Source: Candidatus Oxydemutatoraceae bacterium
GTDB lineage: Bacteria > Pseudomonadota > Gammaproteobacteria > Poriferisulfidales > Oxydemutatoraceae
Direction: 5' to 3'
Length of the DNA: 64,000 bases
Assembly: GCA_965220085.1 (NCBI GenBank)
Contig: CBDCOZ010000003.1
Location: 352,001-416,000 of the forward strand
The notes beneath the pieces were generated by a model. The model saw only the letters and a program-made list of their open reading frames with translations, searched no databases and had not been told where the DNA came from. Of the stretch, positions 21,723 through 30,806 are shown piece after piece (positions within the stretch are counted from its first letter, which is position 1; each line of letters opens with the position of its first letter). The position numbers and the translations under genes were made by a program.

Positions 21723-22305
21723 TTTTGAGATTATTTCAAACTGGATCAGCCCCGGCAGCAAAGTGCTCGATCTCGGTTGCGGCGACGGCGAGTTGCTGTA
21801 TCAACTGATAACCAACCGGGGGGTGACCGGTTTGGGGCTTGAAATAGACGACGACAATATCGTCCGCTGCATAGAGCGCGGCGTGCCCGTATTGCAAACA
21901 GACCTTGACAAGGGGTTGCGCAACCTGATTCACGACGGCAGTTTTGATTATGTGCTGATGACGCAGACTCTGCAGGCGATTCGCCGTCCCGATGAGTTGT
22001 TGCGGGAAATGTTGCGGGTCGGCAACGAGGCGATCGTGACCTTTCCGAATATGGGCTTTTGGCAAAGCCGTCTGAAGTTGTTGCTGGGGCGGATGCCGAT
22101 TACCCGCGCCCTGCCTTCGCAGTGGTACGACACCGAGAATATTCATCTGTGTACGGTGGCCGATTTTGAAGCCTTATGCGCCGATAAAGGGTTTTATTGC
22201 GTCCATCGGGAGGTCGTCAATAACGCCTACCGGGCATCTCGCATCATCAACAAATGGCCCAACCTGATGGGCGAGACCGCGCTCTATCGCTTGCAGTACA
22301 AATAA
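21712..22305 (+). CDS. metW: Methionine biosynthesis protein MetW
   Basis: [25 protein letters not shown]. Confidence 0.95.
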   Translation: MRLDFEIISNWISPGSKVLDLGCGDGELLYQLITNRGVTGLGLEIDDDNIVRCIERGVPVLQTDLDKGLRNLIHDGSFDYVLMTQTLQAIRRPDELLREMLRVGNEAIVTFPNMGFWQSRLKLLLGRMPITRALPSQWYDTENIHLCTVADFEALCADKGFYCVHREVVNNAYRASRIINKWPNLMGETALYRLQYK

Positions 22306-22374
22306 CTTGCGCAGGCGCTTGTGCCGGCAAGCGTCGCGGGAGCGCGAGGAGCGCGATGCAAAATGCGCAAGCGC

Positions 22375-22683
22375 TTATGCCGGCAGGCGTCGCGATATGT
22401 AACGACCGGAATCGGACTCTTTGAAGTACACCCGAACCAGCGGGTGGTTTATCGTGTGTGTCGAGCACGCCTCAAGGTTGCGCTCGGCGACATACGTTTC
22501 TATGTCCTGATTGTCGACCAGTATGTGATACCAAGGCCGGTCTTTGGGCGGCCGGGTTTGGGCGACTGTCTCGTACCACTCGTCGTTGCCCATAAAAACG
22601 GCATCGGCATCGTAAATGACCCCGTGATATCCGAATATTTTGTGTTTGATTACGTCTCCGATTGAAAATAAAGCTCCGCTCAT
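22375..22683 (-). CDS. hspQ: Heat shock protein HspQ (YccV-like)
   Basis: FSIGDVIKHKIFGYHGVI, PWYHILVD, TYVAERNL. Confidence 0.9.
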   Translation of the reverse strand: MSGALFSIGDVIKHKIFGYHGVIYDADAVFMGNDEWYETVAQTRPPKDRPWYHILVDNQDIETYVAERNLEACSTHTINHPLVRVYFKESDSGRYISRRLPA

Positions 22684-23012
22684 TGGACGATCGCCTCCCT
22701 TTTGATGGTCCGTTACTCGCGCAACGGACAGATAAAATAATATCCCAATATACCAGCCATAGCGGCGATGTCCATATATTTGTCAAACATTGTTTGCGAA
22801 CATGCGGATAAACCGAGCACAAACGCGCGACCCGTTCGGGAGACGCCGGCAAACGCTATATAATTACGGGTGCGAGGGGAAGCGGGCGATACGATGTTCG
22901 GCGCGGTCGCGAGGGCGCGGAGAACGCCCGTATCTGACGCCGACGGACTGTCGGCAGCGCTGTTTGCGCCTGCTCGCGCGATGATTTGCAGCAACAACAA
23001 AGTGAGAGAGAT

Positions 23013-23423
23013 ATGGGGAAAGTCATTCCGATCAAACCTGACAAGAGCGTCAAGATGACGCCTGAGACCAAGTGCGGTTTCTGTACCAACAGCAAGTGCT
23101 GTACCTATGTAACGCAGGCGATAGAGGGGCCGCGCAGCAAATACGACTTTGAGCATTTGCTGTGGCAGGTGTCGCACGATCATGTCAGCGCGTACAGAGA
23201 CAGCGACGGGTGGTGTTTGGTGTACGACACCCGATGCGCGCACCTTTTGCCGGACGGGCAATGCGGCATCTATGAGACGCGCCCGCAGATTTGTCGCGAC
23301 CATTCAAATGACTATTGCGAATACGATGCCGCCGCCGAGGAGGGGTTTGACCTCTATTTCCCGGACTATGACTCGTTGCTGAAGTATTGCAAGAAACGCT
23401 TTAAGAAATGGGAGCGCGGCTGA
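23013..23423 (+). CDS. YkgJ family cysteine-cluster protein
   Basis: CxxC...CC and C.HL....CGIYETRPQICR. Confidence 0.85.
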   Translation: MGKVIPIKPDKSVKMTPETKCGFCTNSKCCTYVTQAIEGPRSKYDFEHLLWQVSHDHVSAYRDSDGWCLVYDTRCAHLLPDGQCGIYETRPQICRDHSNDYCEYDAAAEEGFDLYFPDYDSLLKYCKKRFKKWERG

Positions 23424-24250
23424 TGCACGACCCCTTGGCGCCGGCGAGTTTGCTGGAGGATGTTTGCGATCTGTCCTGTCGGGCGGGCGGCAAAATCATG
23501 GAGATATATCGCGGCGACGCGTTTAACGTTCAATACAAGGGGGACAAATCGCCGGTCACCGATGCCGATCTGGCGTCCGACCGATTGATCGTGCGGGGGT
23601 TGCGCGAACTGACGCCGGACTGGCCGGTGTTGTCGGAGGAAAGTTCCGATGCGTTTCCTTTTGCGCAACGTTGCCGGTGGTCTGTTTATTGGCTGGTTGA
23701 TCCGCTCGACGGCACCAAGGGCTTTATCAAACGCAACGGATATTTCACAGTGAATGTCGCGCTGGTTGTTAATCACAAAGTCACGCTCGGCGTCATCTAT
23801 ATGCCGGACAGCCGCAAGTTGTATTACGCCGCCAGCGGCTTCGGCGCGCATCGCCGCATTGACGACGGCCCGGCACAGGCGATCACCGTGTGCCGGACGC
23901 TGCGCGAAAGGCCGATTGTCGTTGCCAGCCGCGCGCATATCAATGTCCCGACCCGCCGCTTGCTTGAAAAGATCGGCGAGCACGAGTTGGCGCATGCCGA
24001 CAGCTCGCTGAAATGCTGTTTGGTGGCGGATGGCAGCGCCGACCTCTATCTGCGTGTCGGCCCGACCTGCGAGTGGGATACCGCCGCCGGGCAATGTATC
24101 GTCGAGGAGGCCGGCGGTTATTTGACCGATACTTCTGGGGCGCCGCTTGAATACAACCGCAAGGACTCTTTAATCAACCCGCCTTTTGTCGTGCATACGC
24201 CGTCGTCGCCGGAGTGGAAGGAGTTCATGGCGTCCGTCGCCGCATCCTAG
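23423..24250 (+). CDS. cysQ: 3'(2'),5'-bisphosphate nucleotidase
   Basis: SPVTDAD, LSEE, WLVDPLDGTK, SSLK, EWDTAAG. Confidence 0.93.
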   Translation: MHDPLAPASLLEDVCDLSCRAGGKIMEIYRGDAFNVQYKGDKSPVTDADLASDRLIVRGLRELTPDWPVLSEESSDAFPFAQRCRWSVYWLVDPLDGTKGFIKRNGYFTVNVALVVNHKVTLGVIYMPDSRKLYYAASGFGAHRRIDDGPAQAITVCRTLRERPIVVASRAHINVPTRRLLEKIGEHELAHADSSLKCCLVADGSADLYLRVGPTCEWDTAAGQCIVEEAGGYLTDTSGAPLEYNRKDSLINPPFVVHTPSSPEWKEFMASVAAS

Positions 24251-24256
24251 CGGCAA

Positions 24257-24895
24257 TCAGCGCATCTTGCCGCGTAGCCAGATTTCATCGAGCGGTTTGC
24301 GTTGCGAGGGCGCCTCGCCGGATTTGGCGTTCTCGGGCAAGCGGTCGGGCGTATCTATGCAGCCGAGCGCAAAACCGCAAATCACCTCATAATCGTCTGC
24401 GGGGATGTTGAGTTGCTTATAGACTTCTTCGCGGCGGATGCCCCCCATGCCGTGGGTGTACAGGCCGAACTTGCGCGCTTGCAGAGTCATCGCCATCCAC
24501 GCCGCGCCGCAGTCAAACGCCGCCAAGCCGTTGGGCTTGTCGTTGTGCGAGAAGCGCCGGCTCGCGATGATGAAACCGAGCAGCGAGACGTCTTTCGCCC
24601 ATGTTTGATTGCCCTCGACCAGCAAGCCGACAAACTTGGCGAAGGCGTCTTTATCGTCGGCGCTTGCGGTGATGAAGATCCACGGTTGCTCGTTGTGGCA
24701 CGACGGCGACCAACGCGCCGCATCAAAGATTGCCGCGAGTACGGATTCCGGCAAGGCGACCGGTTTGAAGGCGCGCGGCGACCACCGCCGGTAAAACAGT
24801 TCGTCAACCCCGGCAACGGGGTCGCGGCGGCTGTAATCAACCGCATAGGGCGCGGGAAACTTATCATTCATTGCGTTATCCTCTGTTGTATTCAA
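24257..24895 (-). CDS. Nitroreductase family protein
   Basis: RRWSPRAF, AARWSPSCHNEQPW, HGMGG. Confidence 0.92.
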   Translation of the reverse strand: MNTTEDNAMNDKFPAPYAVDYSRRDPVAGVDELFYRRWSPRAFKPVALPESVLAAIFDAARWSPSCHNEQPWIFITASADDKDAFAKFVGLLVEGNQTWAKDVSLLGFIIASRRFSHNDKPNGLAAFDCGAAWMAMTLQARKFGLYTHGMGGIRREEVYKQLNIPADDYEVICGFALGCIDTPDRLPENAKSGEAPSQRKPLDEIWLRGKMR

Positions 24896-25009
24896 TAAAA
24901 CTGACCGTGAAAGACAATGATTATATTACGAAATGCGCTTTGCTATTCCCATCGGCGGGTTTCTAATATAGTATGTATATGCAAATCATGACTTTGAGGA
25001 GATGAAAAC

Positions 25010-25828
25010 ATGAAAAGATTCGTATTATTTCTGATGTTGCTGTTTGCATTCGGCAACATCCATGCGGCAAAAGTGACAGAGGGGTTTGTGTGGCCGGAAT
25101 CGGTCGCGGAAGGCCCCGACGGGCTCATCTATGTGTCTGAAATCGGAGCGCGCGACACCGACGGCGACGGCAAGATAAGCAAAATTGACAGCGACGGCAA
25201 GAGGGTTGTGGTCGCAAAAGGTTTGAATGATCCCAAGGGGATTGTGTTTTACAAAAAGCATCTCTATGTGACCGACCGCGATGTCGTTTTGAAAGTCAGC
25301 CTTGACGGCGCATGGAAAGTGTTCGCCGCCGCCGATGCGTTTCCGCAAAAGCCGGTTTTTCTAAATGACATAGAGGTCTCGCCTGCCGGAGATTTTTATA
25401 TATCGGATACCGGCGACTTTAAGTCCGGCGGGGCGGTTTTTATGATGGACTCGGCGGGCAAGGTCGGGCTTCTCTTTGGCGACGATGGGAAATATGTCAG
25501 GGCTCCGAACGGGCTGCTTTGGAGCGAAGATTCCATGTTGCTGATCGTGGATTGGGGCGGCGACTTGCTCAAAGCCGACCCGGTTTCAAAGAGAATCAAT
25601 AAGATCGGCGCCGGGTTTGACGGCGGCGACGGGCTGGCGGCGGCCGATGCATCAATCTATATCACGAGTTGGACCGAAGGCAAGCTTTACGCGTACAAGC
25701 TCGGGAAGGTGCAGGTTATCGCCGACGGCTTTGAAGCGGCGGCGGATCTCGCTTTGAGCAGAGACAAGACCAAGATCATCGTGCCCGACATGAAAGCGGG
25801 GACGGTTTCTATCCTGCCGGTGCGCTAG
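25010..25828 (+). CDS. Exported SMP-30/gluconolactonase-like beta-propeller protein
   Basis: Signal peptide; PES, PKG, FLND, PNGL, GDG, AAD motifs; GAGGAG RBS. Confidence 0.85.
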   Translation: MKRFVLFLMLLFAFGNIHAAKVTEGFVWPESVAEGPDGLIYVSEIGARDTDGDGKISKIDSDGKRVVVAKGLNDPKGIVFYKKHLYVTDRDVVLKVSLDGAWKVFAAADAFPQKPVFLNDIEVSPAGDFYISDTGDFKSGGAVFMMDSAGKVGLLFGDDGKYVRAPNGLLWSEDSMLLIVDWGGDLLKADPVSKRINKIGAGFDGGDGLAAADASIYITSWTEGKLYAYKLGKVQVIADGFEAAADLALSRDKTKIIVPDMKAGTVSILPVR

Positions 25829-26236
25829 TCCGCCGCCCGCTTTGTGCGCGGAAGTTGCATCGGCAAGCGCACCCCCGACATGAAAGCGGGGACGGTTTCT
25901 ATCCTCCCGGTGCGCTCCTCCGCCGCCCGCTTTGTGCGCGGAAGTTGCATCGGCAAGCGCACCCCCGACATGAAAGCGGGGACGGTTTCTATCCTCCCGG
26001 TGCGCTAGTCTGTCGCCTCCGCTTTGTGCGCGGAAGTTGCATCGGCAAGCGCACCCCCGACATGAAAGCGGGGACGGTTTCTATCCTCCCGGTGCGCTCC
26101 TCTGTCGCCTCCGCTTTGTGCGCGGAAGTTGCATCGGCAAGCGCACCCCCGACATGAAAGCGGGGACGGTTTCTATCCTCCCGGTGCGCTCCTCCGCCGC
26201 CCCGCTTTGTGCGCGGAAGTTGCATCGGCAAGCGCA
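25784..26236 (+). repeat. Tandem array, 5 x 90-92 bp; unit = last 45 nt of the SMP-30-like gene + downstream DNA
   Basis: CCCGACATGAAAGCGGGGACGG at 25784, 25874, 25964, 26056, 26148. Confidence 0.96.
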
Positions 26237-26250
26237 TTCCGTTCGGGCGC

Positions 26251-27384
26251 TCACTCGGGATCAAAGCACGCAAGATACTTGCGATAGATATAAGCCTTGC
26301 CGCGCCTGCTTTTGCTCTCTGCCGGCTCAAGGATTCCGAGATTGACAAAATTGTCAATAACCCCGTTTGCTCCGGCGCGGGTAAAGCCCGTCCACTGCAT
26401 CACTTGAGCGGATGTGACGAGCGGTTGCGCAAACAAGCGGGTCAGCACCTTGGTACCGCTTTCGGCCGGTTTTTTCGCCAGCGCTTGCATCTTCTTCATG
26501 TCCTCGTCGTACACAACCCTGATCGCTTTGGATATCTCGATAGCCTCCCGCGCGGTTTCAATCACGCCGTCCAGAAAGAAATGCAGCCATTCCTCAATGC
26601 CGCCTTTGCGATAAGCATCCAAATTGTCATAGTAGGTTTGCTGATGCTTCTTAAAGTAGGAGGATAAAAACAGCGTCGGCTTTTCCAACAATTTTTTCTG
26701 ATGCAACATCAGCGCGATCAAAAGGCGTCCTACCCTCCCGTTGCCGTCAAGGAACGGGTGTATGGTCTCAAATTGGGCGTGTGCGAGCCCGATTTGCAGC
26801 AGCGGCAATATCGAATCTTGGTGCAGAAATGTTTCAAGGTCGCTCATCGCCCGTTGCATCTCGGTTGCGGGCGGCGGCACAAACCGCGCATTGCCGGGGC
26901 TTGTGCCGCCGATCCAATTTTGTCCGGCGCGAAATTCTCCGGGGGCGGAGTAGTGGCTTGAACGGGCATCCTTCATCAGCGCCCGATGTATTCCCTTGAT
27001 AAAACGCAGAGAAAGGGGCAAGGTTTTCATCAGTTCCAGTCCGTGATACAAAGCCGCCACATAGCGAACGATGTCATCGGCATCGGTGTCTTTGGCGGCA
27101 ACGCCCGCTTTCATTTCAATCGCATCGATGAACGTTGCTTGGGTGCCCTCGATTTGAGCCGATGGTGTCGCGTCTTTAAAGACGAACATAGCGAGAAAGA
27201 AATCGACAGCGGGCAAAACATGTGTGATGCCATTCAGATCACCCACCAACCCTCGGGCGCTATCGGTCTTGTAAAGGAGCTCATGCGGAATTCCTTTGAG
27301 TAGTTTTTTGGGCGGGAAGGGCAACGGTATAAATGCCGAGAAGCCATCCCGTTGTTGTACTTGTTTGCCGAGTTCAATATTCAT
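26251..27384 (-). CDS. Fic family protein with C-terminal wHTH
   Basis: HPFLDGNGRVGR Fic motif; N-terminal SAQIEG inhibitory-like motif; start uncertain. Confidence 0.93.
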   Translation of the reverse strand: MNIELGKQVQQRDGFSAFIPLPFPPKKLLKGIPHELLYKTDSARGLVGDLNGITHVLPAVDFFLAMFVFKDATPSAQIEGTQATFIDAIEMKAGVAAKDTDADDIVRYVAALYHGLELMKTLPLSLRFIKGIHRALMKDARSSHYSAPGEFRAGQNWIGGTSPGNARFVPPPATEMQRAMSDLETFLHQDSILPLLQIGLAHAQFETIHPFLDGNGRVGRLLIALMLHQKKLLEKPTLFLSSYFKKHQQTYYDNLDAYRKGGIEEWLHFFLDGVIETAREAIEISKAIRVVYDEDMKKMQALAKKPAESGTKVLTRLFAQPLVTSAQVMQWTGFTRAGANGVIDNFVNLGILEPAESKSRRGKAYIYRKYLACFDPE

Positions 27385-27427
27385 AGAAGCGGTTACCGTT
27401 CTGTTAGCAAGAGATACTGTTTCCAAT

Positions 27428-27677
27428 TCCAGTATCTTTTGTATTAAAAGATACTATATCACGATTTGGTATCCCTTTCCGAGAAAAGAGATACCAGATT
27501 GCAGAAATCTCTCTGAGCCCTTTGAACTAAAGGGTTCTTAAGGTGCTTGTCTGTTCCCGACTCCAGTATCTTTTGTCTTATAAGATACTATATCGAGATT
27601 TGGTATCTCTTTTGAAAAAAAGAGATACCAGAATGCAGAAATCTCTCTGAGCCCTTTGAACTAAAGGGTTTTTAAGG
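27428..27677. repeat. Direct duplication (2 x ~116 bp, period ~134) rich in palindromes, upstream of fic
   Basis: Each copy has AGTATCTT..AAGATACT, TGGTATC..GATACCA and CCCTTT..AAAGGG inverted repeats. Confidence 0.88.
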
Positions 27678-27762
27678 CATTCGTCCGGCGGGTGGTACCG
27701 CCTTTGCCAGAGGAGGGGTCGCTTTCCTGTTTGGTTGGAGATGGGCTTAAGTGCGGCGCAGG

Positions 27763-27838
27763 TGGTGGCCAGAGGTGGAATCGAACCACCGACACGAGGA
27801 TTTTCAGTCCACTGCTCTACCGACTGAGCTATCTGGCC
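27763..27838 (-). tRNA. tRNA-Phe (GAA)
   Basis: Reverse complement GGCCAGATAGCTCAGTCGGTAGAGCAGTGGACTGAAAATCCTCGTGTCGGTGGTTCGATTCCACCTCTGGCCACCA. Confidence 0.97.
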
Positions 27839-27884
27839 ATGTAAGCAAATGATGGCAGCGCCATCGATGAATTCCGTCGGGCAA

Positions 27885-28151
27885 TTATGCCGGCGGCGTA
27901 AATTCTTTCGGTTTCTCCGCACCCCCTTCAAAGAAAAACTTTTCCATCTCTTCTTCAAGAAACTTGCGCGCCTTGGGATCGACCGGAGTCAGGCGGTATT
28001 CGTTTATCAACATCGTTTGGTGTTTGAGCCACTCATCCCACGCCTGCTTGCTGACATTCTCGTAAATTTTTTCGCCGAGCTCCCCGGGATAAGGCCTATA
28101 GTCCAGCCCTTCCGCTTCCTCGCCCAGCTTCACACATTTGACTGTTCGCAT
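27885..28151 (-). CDS. yggX: Fe(II)-trafficking / oxidative damage protection protein
   Basis: [32 protein letters not shown]; downstream of mutY. Confidence 0.95.
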   Translation of the reverse strand: MRTVKCVKLGEEAEGLDYRPYPGELGEKIYENVSKQAWDEWLKHQTMLINEYRLTPVDPKARKFLEEEMEKFFFEGGAEKPKEFTPPA

Positions 28152-29215
28152 TGTTTTCTCTCCGTGCTATGTTTATCTTCCAATTGTTTCAGCAGCCGCT
28201 TGACCAACGCGGGGGCGCCGCCTGAGACAGCGCTAATTTTACACCAAACGAAGCGCTTATCGTCCGCAATCGACAGCGGCAACTTCCTCAGTCGCAGACA
28301 GAGCGGCGTGACCGACAGGCGCAGGTGGGTCAGATTATAAGTCACTTCCGGCCATGTTTCGCTGGCGGAAAACCCCCCGCAATGCCGCCTGCACCAGCTT
28401 TTTGCCTGCCCGACGCTGTCGGCTTCGGGGAAGCTCAGAAGCCCGCCCCAGATGCCTTGCGGCGGGCGCCGTTCGAGCAATACCTTCTCCTCGCGCGCGA
28501 CCATGACGACGACAAATTCGCGCACCGGACGCGTCCGCTTTTTGCGCTGCGTCGGGCGCATAGCGACGACATCACGGCGATACGCTTTGCAATCGCGCGC
28601 TACGGGACAAGTCTCGCACTTCGGCTTGACCGTCGTGCAGACCAGCGCGCCCATGTCCATCAGCGCCTGATTGTAACGGCCCGCCTCCCGTTGCGGCAGC
28701 CGTTGTTCGGCAAGCTCCCACAGAATCCGTTTGCTGCGGCTGTCTCCGTGCCGGCCGTCAATATCGGCGTGCCGCGCAAGCACCCGCCTTGCGTTGGCAT
28801 CCATGATCGCATGGCGTTGTCCGCAAGCCAGCGACAAGATCGCGCCCGCTGTCGAATGCCCGATACCGGGCAGTTTGACCAACATCTCCTTCGTGCGCGG
28901 CAAGCGCCCGCGGTGCTCGTCACGCACCGTTTGCGCCGCCTGGTGCAACGAACGCGCGCGCGCGTAGTAGCCCAGCCCGGCCCACAGCGCGAGCGCCTCA
29001 TCGACATCGGCTTCGGCCAAGCGTTTGATGCCGGGGAAGCGGCGCATGAAGCGGCGGTAATACGGGATGACTGTTTGCACTTGGGTCTGTTGCAGCATAA
29101 TCTCGGAAACCCAGACGCGGTAGGGGGTCGGGTTGCGTTGCCACGGCAGGTCGTGGCGCCCATGGCGTTTGTGCCAGTCAAGCAGGCGTTGCGCAAAGGA
29201 GGGTTCGGCCGCCAT
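28130..29215 (-). CDS. mutY: A/G-specific adenine glycosylase
   Basis: [29 protein letters not shown] HhH motif, C-terminal Fe-S cysteine cluster. Confidence 0.96.
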   Translation of the reverse strand: MAAEPSFAQRLLDWHKRHGRHDLPWQRNPTPYRVWVSEIMLQQTQVQTVIPYYRRFMRRFPGIKRLAEADVDEALALWAGLGYYARARSLHQAAQTVRDEHRGRLPRTKEMLVKLPGIGHSTAGAILSLACGQRHAIMDANARRVLARHADIDGRHGDSRSKRILWELAEQRLPQREAGRYNQALMDMGALVCTTVKPKCETCPVARDCKAYRRDVVAMRPTQRKKRTRPVREFVVVMVAREEKVLLERRPPQGIWGGLLSFPEADSVGQAKSWCRRHCGGFSASETWPEVTYNLTHLRLSVTPLCLRLRKLPLSIADDKRFVWCKISAVSGGAPALVKRLLKQLEDKHSTERKQCEQSNV

Positions 29216-29247
29216 GGTTCCGTCGCTGCCGCTATGCCATGGGCGGC

Positions 29248-29826
29248 TCAGTTTGCGGCGGCTTTTTTGACAGCGGGGAAGTCGTCGATGGTGAACAATG
29301 CGTTTACACCGCAACCGTACTTCCTGCCGAGTGTCTGTGCGCCGCCCGCCAGCCTGTCAACCACAGCCAGGATGCCGCTGATTTTGTAGCCGGCTTCTAT
29401 CAGGCAGTCGCATGCTTTGGCGGTCGCGCTGCCGGTGGTAATCACATCATCGACCACGACGACCGGCGTTCCTTTGCCGATGTCATTTTCTATGTGATTT
29501 TGCGAGCCGTATTTTTTCGGTTCTTTTCTGACGATGCACCCGTTGATTCCCAGATTGCGCTCGTGTGCCCTGACGATCACGCCGCATATCAGCGGGTCCG
29601 CCCCGAGCGTCAGGCCGGATATTGCGACCGCTTCCGAAGTCAGCGACCGCATTTCGTCGATCAACAGGTCGGAGATAATCGCAAGCATCTCTCCGTTGAG
29701 GGTCGCTCGCTTGCAGTCAAAGTAGAAGTTCGTCGTAGTTCCGGCGCTGAGCGTGAAGTGTCCGCTCAGCAAGCAGTTGCGGTTCATGAAGTTCCGGAGT
29801 TTTTCTTTGCGGGCATCGTTTGTCAT
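29248..29826 (-). CDS. pyrE: Orotate phosphoribosyltransferase
   Basis: FTLSAG...FYFDCK, VRKEPKKYG, PRPP motif VVVDDVITTG. Confidence 0.9.
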   Translation of the reverse strand: MTNDARKEKLRNFMNRNCLLSGHFTLSAGTTTNFYFDCKRATLNGEMLAIISDLLIDEMRSLTSEAVAISGLTLGADPLICGVIVRAHERNLGINGCIVRKEPKKYGSQNHIENDIGKGTPVVVVDDVITTGSATAKACDCLIEAGYKISGILAVVDRLAGGAQTLGRKYGCGVNALFTIDDFPAVKKAAAN

Positions 29827-29894
29827 TGGGCTCGGCTGTAAAAAAGTTTTGAGATTATCGCCATAGTATATATGAGGGGTTTGACAGGGCGGCG

Positions 29895-30644
29895 CTATGA
29901 GGTTTTCAGTTCCAGCACGGATAAGGTCTGTTTGACTTTGTCCCCTTTCCGCCATTCGACTTTGACCGGCAAGAAATGGTGCGCGCTGCTCAGCCAAAAC
30001 ATGCGATCCGCCGTCCCCCGCTTGCGCCGCTCGACTTTGATCGTATCCAAAGCGCCGAGCGCTGTCGCGAGTTGCTCTCTGCCGACAGCGGCAAAATGCC
30101 GTTGCTTGATCCGCCCGCGCGTCAGTATCCGATAGGTCTTGTCAAAGCGCGTGCCGAGCGCGCCGACCTCTTCGGCCAACCGGAGCAGCAAAATGTTTTC
30201 ATCCGTCACATCATCCGTCAGCGCCACCGTGTCTTCCTCGCCCTCGTGTCGCAACAGCGCCTGCTTTTGCGCCCAGTCAAAGCGGTAACTCCGGTTCCTG
30301 CCGGGCTGTTTTGCCACCGCATAGTCGCAGCGCAATGGCAGCAAGATGCCGCGGTCATTGCGCCGCGCGGCGCTGCGGCTGGCAATCTCGCCCGCGAACA
30401 GTTTCCCCGCCAACCCGCCGCCGGTAATCTTGCTATCATATGTCACGATACCGCTGTCGTTTGTGACCCGCACGGTCATGGCGGCGGACGGAAAATCCAA
30501 TGCATACACGGCGGAGAATGACGGCGCGCCGTGATGTGTTTGCGCATGGACAGCCGTCATGACGAATGCAAACAGCGCGATGAAAAGCGCGCCGGAGTCA
30601 CGATTATGCCCGAAGAGAAATTGAATATATGGCAAGTGCTGCAC
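29895..30644 (-). CDS. Exported protein, DUF3108-like
   Basis: Hydrophobic N-terminus, FDW, LATALGALDTIKV..R, FWLS...FLPVK; start uncertain. Confidence 0.65.
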   Translation of the reverse strand: MQHLPYIQFLFGHNRDSGALFIALFAFVMTAVHAQTHHGAPSFSAVYALDFPSAAMTVRVTNDSGIVTYDSKITGGGLAGKLFAGEIASRSAARRNDRGILLPLRCDYAVAKQPGRNRSYRFDWAQKQALLRHEGEEDTVALTDDVTDENILLLRLAEEVGALGTRFDKTYRILTRGRIKQRHFAAVGREQLATALGALDTIKVERRKRGTADRMFWLSSAHHFLPVKVEWRKGDKVKQTLSVLELKTS

Positions 30645-30806
30645 AGTGTGTCGGCAAGTTTTTTCGGCGTTCAAAGCAACGCCCGCCGCCATCGTGATTT
30701 TAGTCGCGGACGACCGCATCAGTTCATCATCGTCGGTCTTGTCTTAACCGCTTTGTTCATCTTCGCCGTGTGGGGGCTGGCGCAAGCCGTCTTGTTGCTC
30801 GTCTAA
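30606..30806 (+). CDS. DUF2970 family small membrane protein
   Basis: SVSASFFGVQS...RDF..G.P..FIIVG pattern. Confidence 0.8.
   Translation: MPEEKLNIWQVLHSVSASFFGVQSNARRHRDFSRGRPHQFIIVGLVLTALFIFAVWGLAQAVLLLV

Noticed and set aside
27795-27813. U-U mismatch in the tRNA-Phe anticodon stem
   Set aside because: A single non-canonical pair in an otherwise canonical tRNA is not evidence of a pseudogene.
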